Below, piece by piece: positions 59,153-64,000 of a DNA stretch of 64,000 nt. The notes beneath the pieces were generated by a model, which was not told the origin of the DNA, searched no databases, and saw nothing but the letters and a program-made list of their open reading frames with translations. Made by a program: the position numbers and the translations under genes. Numbering within the stretch: position 1 is the stretch's first letter; each line of letters begins with the position of its first letter. Location of the stretch: contig JAQCIU010000010.1 of assembly GCA_027593235.1 (NCBI GenBank), positions 35,498 to 99,497 of the forward strand, in the 5' to 3' direction. Origin of the DNA: Chloroflexota bacterium. GTDB lineage: Bacteria; Chloroflexota; Dehalococcoidia; UBA2979.

Positions 59153-59860
59153 TCATACTCCGAGGGCGTTCGCCAACGCGGTGAAGTCGAGGACCGTCAC
59201 GTCCGGATGGTAGCGTTCGTCGGTGTCCTCAAAGGGCAGGCCATAGCGGTCGACGTATGCGCCGCGGAGCCCACACATGCGCGCGCCCATCACGTCGAAC
59301 GAGTTCGCGGAAACCATCAATAGCTCGCTCGGTTCTGAGTTCAGCTCACGCGCGGCCCGCCGGTACACCGCCGGCGAGGGCTTGAAGATCCCCACCAGTT
59401 CCACCGACAGCACGTCGTCAAACTCGTAATGAATGCGGTTCTTCACAAGGTGATCCAGAAACCACGGGTTTCCGTTCGATAGCGCCACGAGCTTGAAGCG
59501 CGTCCGCAACCGGTCGAGGCCTGCAACGACTTCTGGGAACGGCGACAGCTGCTGCCAGCTCTCCATCCACGCCTTGATCTCATCGCGCGAGGGGTCGAGC
59601 CCGTTCAGCCGGCTCACGTATGAGAACGCCTTCTCGACCGTCTCGAGGTAGCCCGAATGGCCGAGCTCTACCAGCGAGTCCTGGTACTGCTCGATGCGTT
59701 GGCGATATCGGAGCTGTTGCCAGAACTCGGCGGCGATCGCGTCGCTCGATTGCTCCTCTAGGAACCTCGCGATGTGCGGGGTCAAACTCCCTCCGAGGTC
59801 CAAGATTGTCCCGAAGAGGTCAAAGGTGAGCACCTTCGTGTGCTCGAGTTCTGGGTTCAT
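59153..59860 (-). CDS. Haloacid dehalogenase type II-like HAD
   Basis: FDLFGTILD, LSNG, FKPSPAVY, VSANSFDV.GA. Confidence 0.88.
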   Translation of the reverse strand: MNPELEHTKVLTFDLFGTILDLGGSLTPHIARFLEEQSSDAIAAEFWQQLRYRQRIEQYQDSLVELGHSGYLETVEKAFSYVSRLNGLDPSRDEIKAWMESWQQLSPFPEVVAGLDRLRTRFKLVALSNGNPWFLDHLVKNRIHYEFDDVLSVELVGIFKPSPAVYRRAARELNSEPSELLMVSANSFDVMGARMCGLRGAYVDRYGLPFEDTDERYHPDVTVLDFTALANALGV

Positions 59861-60349
59861 GAGATCCCCCGGCGTCCACCGAACCAGCTCGCGTCAATTC
59901 CCTCGGTCACGGTAACGCGCGAGCGTCGACAGCGCGTATAGGGGCCCAGCAAAACCCGAGCCGACCGGAGCCGAAGCCTGCCGGCTCGGTCGAGATCGCC
60001 CGGAATAAGTGCTATGCGGCCTGTGGAGCAGGCATACGTAGGCCGCTTGACGTTCCGGCGGCCGAACGGGGTCGTCTTCGGGAGCGCTTACGCATCACGG
60101 AGGTCGCCCAAGCTCAAGGCGAATCCCGACAGAGCGCGCCACGACCTCATCGGCGATGCAAAGCCCGGGAGCGTCGCCCCGGACACGAAACTTCGCCGTG
60201 CTGGCGTCCTGAATGGGTTGCTGAACTCCCGCCCTGCTTGGGCGACGCCCGCGCCACTTCTCGAGACTCTGCGGGGCAGGGCGTGGATCGATACCGCGTC
60301 ACAGCAATCGATTACGGCACGCAGGCCCTGCTCCAGACACCGTCGTCGG

Positions 60350-60490
60350 CTGACACTGCACCGACTGGGACGCTACTGGACCTGGAAGAGCCGGTGACAC
60401 CGCCACGACGGCCGCGCATCTCACCCGAGGTCCGCAAGATCCATCGTGCGGACAGAGCGCGAGAATCGGACGTGGGTGCTCACGGACTAG
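60350..60490 (+). pseudogene. Decayed fragment of an rve transposase related to 58002-59024
   Basis: HRLGRYWTWKSR and RRPRISPEVRK...ARE...GA across frames; end-like sequence at 59936-59963. Confidence 0.65.
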
Positions 60491-60759
60491 CTTGTGTGCC
60501 CGGCACTCGGGGGCGAGCGTCGCGGCGTCCACCATCGCCGAGCTAGCGAACCTTCCTGAGTCTTCATTCGGAGAGGTTCAGCACGCCAACGTTGCCGTCG
60601 ATCGGTCTTTCCGGACGCGCCATCGCGAACGCTCAACGACTCTGGGGGGGACCATCGTCGCCGGACCGACTGGGGGTAGTCAGCGCGACCGGCGCAGGCA
60701 GATCTGCCCGCGCCTGATCGACAACGAGCGGATGCCGGACCTCGCATGATGGAAGCGAG

Positions 60760-61173
60760 TCACCTTGTTGCACGCCACAGTTCGAACTCGGAGAGAACGT
60801 GGAGGAGTTCGTGATCGTCCTCCAACGGTTCGAGTGGGGCCACTATGTGTGTCCCACCGAAGGCTTTGACGACGTCGATGTCGTCATCGACCACGAAGTC
60901 TGGCACAAACGGCACGCCGTGCTCTGACAGTCGCTCGTGGTGGCGCGACAGCGGCTTCGCGAAGCAATCGGTCACGAATTCGGCGAGGTCATAGGCGTGA
61001 GCGACGCCCCAGCGACGGCCTGTGCCTGACCAGAGGAAGAGCTCGGCCTGCCGAGCACGCAGCCCTCGAAAGACGTCATGCGCGTGAGGGCGCAGTCGTC
61101 CGTCCCAGGTGAGCAGCGTGTCGTCGACGTCGAAGAACACGCGGGTCGGGGGGAGCTCGTCCGGGTTCGACAC
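60760..61173 (-). CDS. Minimal capless HAD-superfamily protein
   Basis: FFDVDDTL, LWSG, KP, FVVDD. Confidence 0.8.
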   Translation of the reverse strand: MSNPDELPPTRVFFDVDDTLLTWDGRLRPHAHDVFRGLRARQAELFLWSGTGRRWGVAHAYDLAEFVTDCFAKPLSRHHERLSEHGVPFVPDFVVDDDIDVVKAFGGTHIVAPLEPLEDDHELLHVLSEFELWRATR

Positions 61174-61179
61174 CGAGAG

Positions 61180-61434
61180 TTAGGCCGACGCTCGCGGGCC
61201 GCAACCGATCGCGCTGCGAGCGATGAACACCGCGCCGCGCGCCGGCAGCTCGGGAACTGGTGCGCCCTCGACGCAAGCGAGCGGACGGCATAGATGGTGA
61301 CTGTCACCGAGCCGCAGAGCGTGTTCGATGGCGATGATCGCCGGGACATGGGCGGCCGCGCATTCGGACTCCCCGTGCGTCAGGAACGACAGGTCGCCAG
61401 GCACTCCCTGACCGCCGTGGAGGATGCCGCACAT
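61180..61434 (-). CDS. Small Cys/His-rich hypothetical protein
   Basis: Start overlaps the upstream stop (TGATG) and the stop is 6 nt before the next start. Confidence 0.4.
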   Translation of the reverse strand: MCGILHGGQGVPGDLSFLTHGESECAAAHVPAIIAIEHALRLGDSHHLCRPLACVEGAPVPELPARGAVFIARSAIGCGPRASA

Positions 61435-62558
61435 CAGGTGAGGCCAGTCCTCGTCGCCGACTGGCGCCCGGGCAGGCCAGCGAGTGCCGCCGTTGCGTCA
61501 ATAACGAAGCGGTCCATCACCTCGGCGACCGTTGCCTCCCGGTCGGTCCAGACGACGCCCTGGCCGGCGCCGCTGCCGATCAGCGGTTCAATATCATGCC
61601 GAATAATCGATCCCAACAGGTCGCCAACCAGGATGTCCTGATAGGGCATCTTCAGCGGGGTGGGTGCCCCTTCGGCAGCCCACTCGTCCTGGTACGCCGT
61701 CCGTAGCTGGCGATTCGTCTTTCCACTCTGTGCACGCGTGATGACGGTGTCTTCCGCCCCTGCTTCGATCAGCTTTCGCTTCACTGAAGGCGGCGTATCT
61801 GCTTCCTGGGTTGCCAGCCACGCGGTGCCAACCCAGACGCCGACGGCTCCTAGGGCGAGCGCCGCAGCGACGTGCTGCCCGGTCGCGACGCCGCCCGCGG
61901 CGAGGACAGGAGTATCCCCGGCGATCTGCACCACCTGAGGTACTAGTGAGAATGTGCCGATCGGCCCGGTATGCGCGCCGGAATCGTGCCCCTGCGCCAC
62001 GAGAATCTCAGCTCCTGCATCGATCGCACGGCGGGCGTGCTTCGGCGAGCCGACCAGCGACAGCACCCGCTTGCCGCGTCGCTTCGCCTCTGTCACGAAC
62101 TCCTCAGGGCTTCCGATGCCCATCGCGAAAAGATCGACATCGGACTTGAGCACCACCTCAGCCTGTCGCCGCGCTGTGTCCTCGGAGCGGACGAATCGAG
62201 ATCGCGCCCCCGGGAGGCCGTCCCGTGGCACCTGGTACTTCTCGAACAGGTGATCGACGAACGCGCGGTGCGCGTCTGGGAGTTGGGCCTCGATCTCCTC
62301 GCGGTTGTTGTGTTCTGGCATCCCCTTCGGAATCACGAGGTCAATCCCGAACGGCCGCGCGCCGATCCGCTCACGGATCTCCGTCAGTGCCTCGTCGATC
62401 TCCTCCGGCAGGTGGCGGGTACCGCCCCACACTCCGAACCCGCCTGCCAGCGTGACCGCAACGACGACGTCGACGCTGTGACTGAACGCGAAAATCGGGT
62501 GCTCAATCCCCAACATGTCGCAGATCCGCGTGTGGATGGGGGACTCGGTCAACAGCAT
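61434..62558 (-). CDS. Nitronate monooxygenase/FabK-like flavoprotein
   Basis: LGIEHPIFAFSH, VAQG.DSGAHTG, AAGG, GVWVGTAWL. Confidence 0.9.
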   Translation of the reverse strand: MLLTESPIHTRICDMLGIEHPIFAFSHSVDVVVAVTLAGGFGVWGGTRHLPEEIDEALTEIRERIGARPFGIDLVIPKGMPEHNNREEIEAQLPDAHRAFVDHLFEKYQVPRDGLPGARSRFVRSEDTARRQAEVVLKSDVDLFAMGIGSPEEFVTEAKRRGKRVLSLVGSPKHARRAIDAGAEILVAQGHDSGAHTGPIGTFSLVPQVVQIAGDTPVLAAGGVATGQHVAAALALGAVGVWVGTAWLATQEADTPPSVKRKLIEAGAEDTVITRAQSGKTNRQLRTAYQDEWAAEGAPTPLKMPYQDILVGDLLGSIIRHDIEPLIGSGAGQGVVWTDREATVAEVMDRFVIDATAALAGLPGRQSATRTGLT

Positions 62559-62830
62559 CCTCCTCGGCTCGATCACGATCTCGGAGCGTCGCTGAACGAC
62601 GGGCGGAGGCTTCGTGCGGCGCGGGGGCTCTCGAGGGAGCCGACACCGCGCCGTCAGCCTAGTCACCGCCTCGGGGTTCGTCGAAACACGGCAACGATAC
62701 CGCGCCTGGCGAGCCCTCGTGTACGAGGAGGGCGCCTCGAACGTCTGGTACTCGAAACACGTGCAACGCCACGCGGGAAAGCGACGACTTCGCGATCGAT
62801 GTCCAATGTCCGACGCGGTAGAGACTGTGG

Positions 62831-63823
62831 TTAGGCGCCCTCGGGAACAGAGCCAACGGAACCGCGGTGCACGTAGTCCGTCTTCATCGTCACGTTGCGC
62901 GGCGCGCTCTCATCCCCGGTGATCTGGCGGATCAAGAGCTCAACCACCGCCGCCGCCCCTTCTGTGAACGGCGAACGGACAACACTGACCGGGGGATTCG
63001 CGTTCCGGGTCCAGTCGGATTCACCTGTGGAAATCAGCGATACATCACGTGGAATCTGGTAGCCGCGCGCGACGAGCTGGCTGCCGGCGGCTGAAGCGTT
63101 GTAGGCGTTCACGACGATGACGGCGGTCGGCGGGTCAGCTTCAGCCATCAATTGGTCGATCGCCTGTCGGGCGTCGTCCGGGCTATCGACCTGCCGCAGC
63201 AGCTCTGGGTAGTGCGGCACACGCAACGTGCTGAGTTCGTCGCGCAACGAATCCGCCCAGTGGGACCGCCTACGCGACGCGATCAAGGCAATCCGCCGGT
63301 GCCCGTGGTCGACGAGGTCGCGCAGCGCCGCCGCGAAGGCGTCGTGGTGATCGAACGCGAGCGTGCCGGCTGAGGGATGGGCGCGGCGATTCAAAATCAT
63401 CGTCGGTAGCCCCGCCTCGAGGACCGGACGAAGTAGATCGTCGACGGCCCCCGAGTCGTAGCAGAGCAGACCGTCGATCCCCCGCGAGAGGAGATTGTCG
63501 AGGTACGCCGCCCACAATTCGGGGTCCTCGTGCGCATCGCTGATCGCGATGAGATAGCCCTGTTTGTGCGCGGCAGTCGACGCGCCCTGCAGGATCTGCG
63601 GCACCGCCGGGATATCCAGCGCCGGGACCAGCAAGCCCAGGACGTGGGTCTGGGCCGTTCGCAGGCTGCGCGCGTGGGAATTCGGACGGAAGTCGAGCTC
63701 CTCGATTGCCGCTTGGACCCTCTGACGGATGCCCTCGGCGACGTAGGGTTGATAGTTGATCACCCGCGAGACAGCGCTCTTCGAGACTCCGGCCCGCCTC
63801 GCAACGTCATAGATGGTGACCAA
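62831..63823 (-). CDS. LacI-family transcriptional regulator
   Basis: TIYDVARRAGVSKSAVSRVIN, FRPNSHARSL, GHRRIA, IPRDVS; GGAGG then TTG. Confidence 0.93.
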   Translation of the reverse strand: MVTIYDVARRAGVSKSAVSRVINYQPYVAEGIRQRVQAAIEELDFRPNSHARSLRTAQTHVLGLLVPALDIPAVPQILQGASTAAHKQGYLIAISDAHEDPELWAAYLDNLLSRGIDGLLCYDSGAVDDLLRPVLEAGLPTMILNRRAHPSAGTLAFDHHDAFAAALRDLVDHGHRRIALIASRRRSHWADSLRDELSTLRVPHYPELLRQVDSPDDARQAIDQLMAEADPPTAVIVVNAYNASAAGSQLVARGYQIPRDVSLISTGESDWTRNANPPVSVVRSPFTEGAAAVVELLIRQITGDESAPRNVTMKTDYVHRGSVGSVPEGA

Positions 63824-63893
63824 GGGTCCTCCATGCCACAAGCCGTGAGGGTCACGTCCGTGGGGACCGTCCCGCCATAGCGTGTGCATCCTA

Positions 63894-63907
63894 TGGTACC
63901 GTTCCCA
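63894..63907. promoter_or_regulatory. Candidate LacI-family operator
   Basis: TGGTACCGTTCCCA dyad with central CG; a related dyad GGGACCGTCCC at 63863-63873. Confidence 0.55.
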
Positions 63908-64000
63908 GAATCATCTTCAGGATGTAGCTCAGCGACGATTCACGGTCGCAGATCGGAACGATGGAACGTATGCCGAACCAGCGATTAACAAGCACTCGAG

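Larger units (their letters stand above)
52505..64000. mobile_element. Degenerate integrative island at tRNA-Pro (right boundary not identified)
   Basis: Integrase abutting the tRNA, relaxase-like gene, IS remnants and catabolic cargo. Confidence 0.65.

Noticed and set aside
1-64000. Many long alternative-frame and antisense ORFs (e.g. 22168-24909 -, 25536-27323 +, 19391-21052 +, 41509-43185 -)
   Set aside because: They are shadows of real genes in high-GC DNA: Arg/Ala/Pro-rich and lacking recognisable motifs.
1-64000. CRISPR array or cas genes
   Set aside because: No regularly spaced direct repeats or Cas motifs were seen.

Overview
This is a high-GC bacterial chromosome segment. The gene content (many lipoproteins, LLM/F420 oxidoreductases, CoA transferases, a DUF5656-like protein) suggests Chloroflexota/Dehalococcoidia, but that is inference only. 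Positions 1-52.4 kb are mostly housekeeping and catabolic genes (pth, mfd, His6-type hisA, iscS, PyrE-like, acyl-CoA ligase pair, HADs, SDR, hydrolases). Embedded in this part are five notable elements: (i) seven diverged paralogous ~350-380 aa tandem-GNAT genes (32.6-41.4 kb) that all end exactly at D-[FL]-D-x-x-stop; (ii) a probable UGC-motif thioredoxin-fold selenoprotein with an in-frame UGA and a SECIS-like hairpin (47.9-49.0 kb); (iii) an ECF sigma factor flanked by two paralogous membrane proteins, with a repeated candidate promoter motif and a perfect 48-bp palindrome frameshifting one paralog; (iv) a 6S-like structured ncRNA candidate near pth; (v) XRE/MmyB and SoxR-like regulators with visible operators. 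From tRNA-Pro(GGG) at 52450 onward lies a decaying integrative island. It carries a large serine recombinase whose 3' end overlaps the tRNA, a replication-relaxation gene truncated by an IS110 remnant, rve-type transposases and catabolic cargo. Its right end is not visible. All family calls come from motif recognition by eye; no searches were run.
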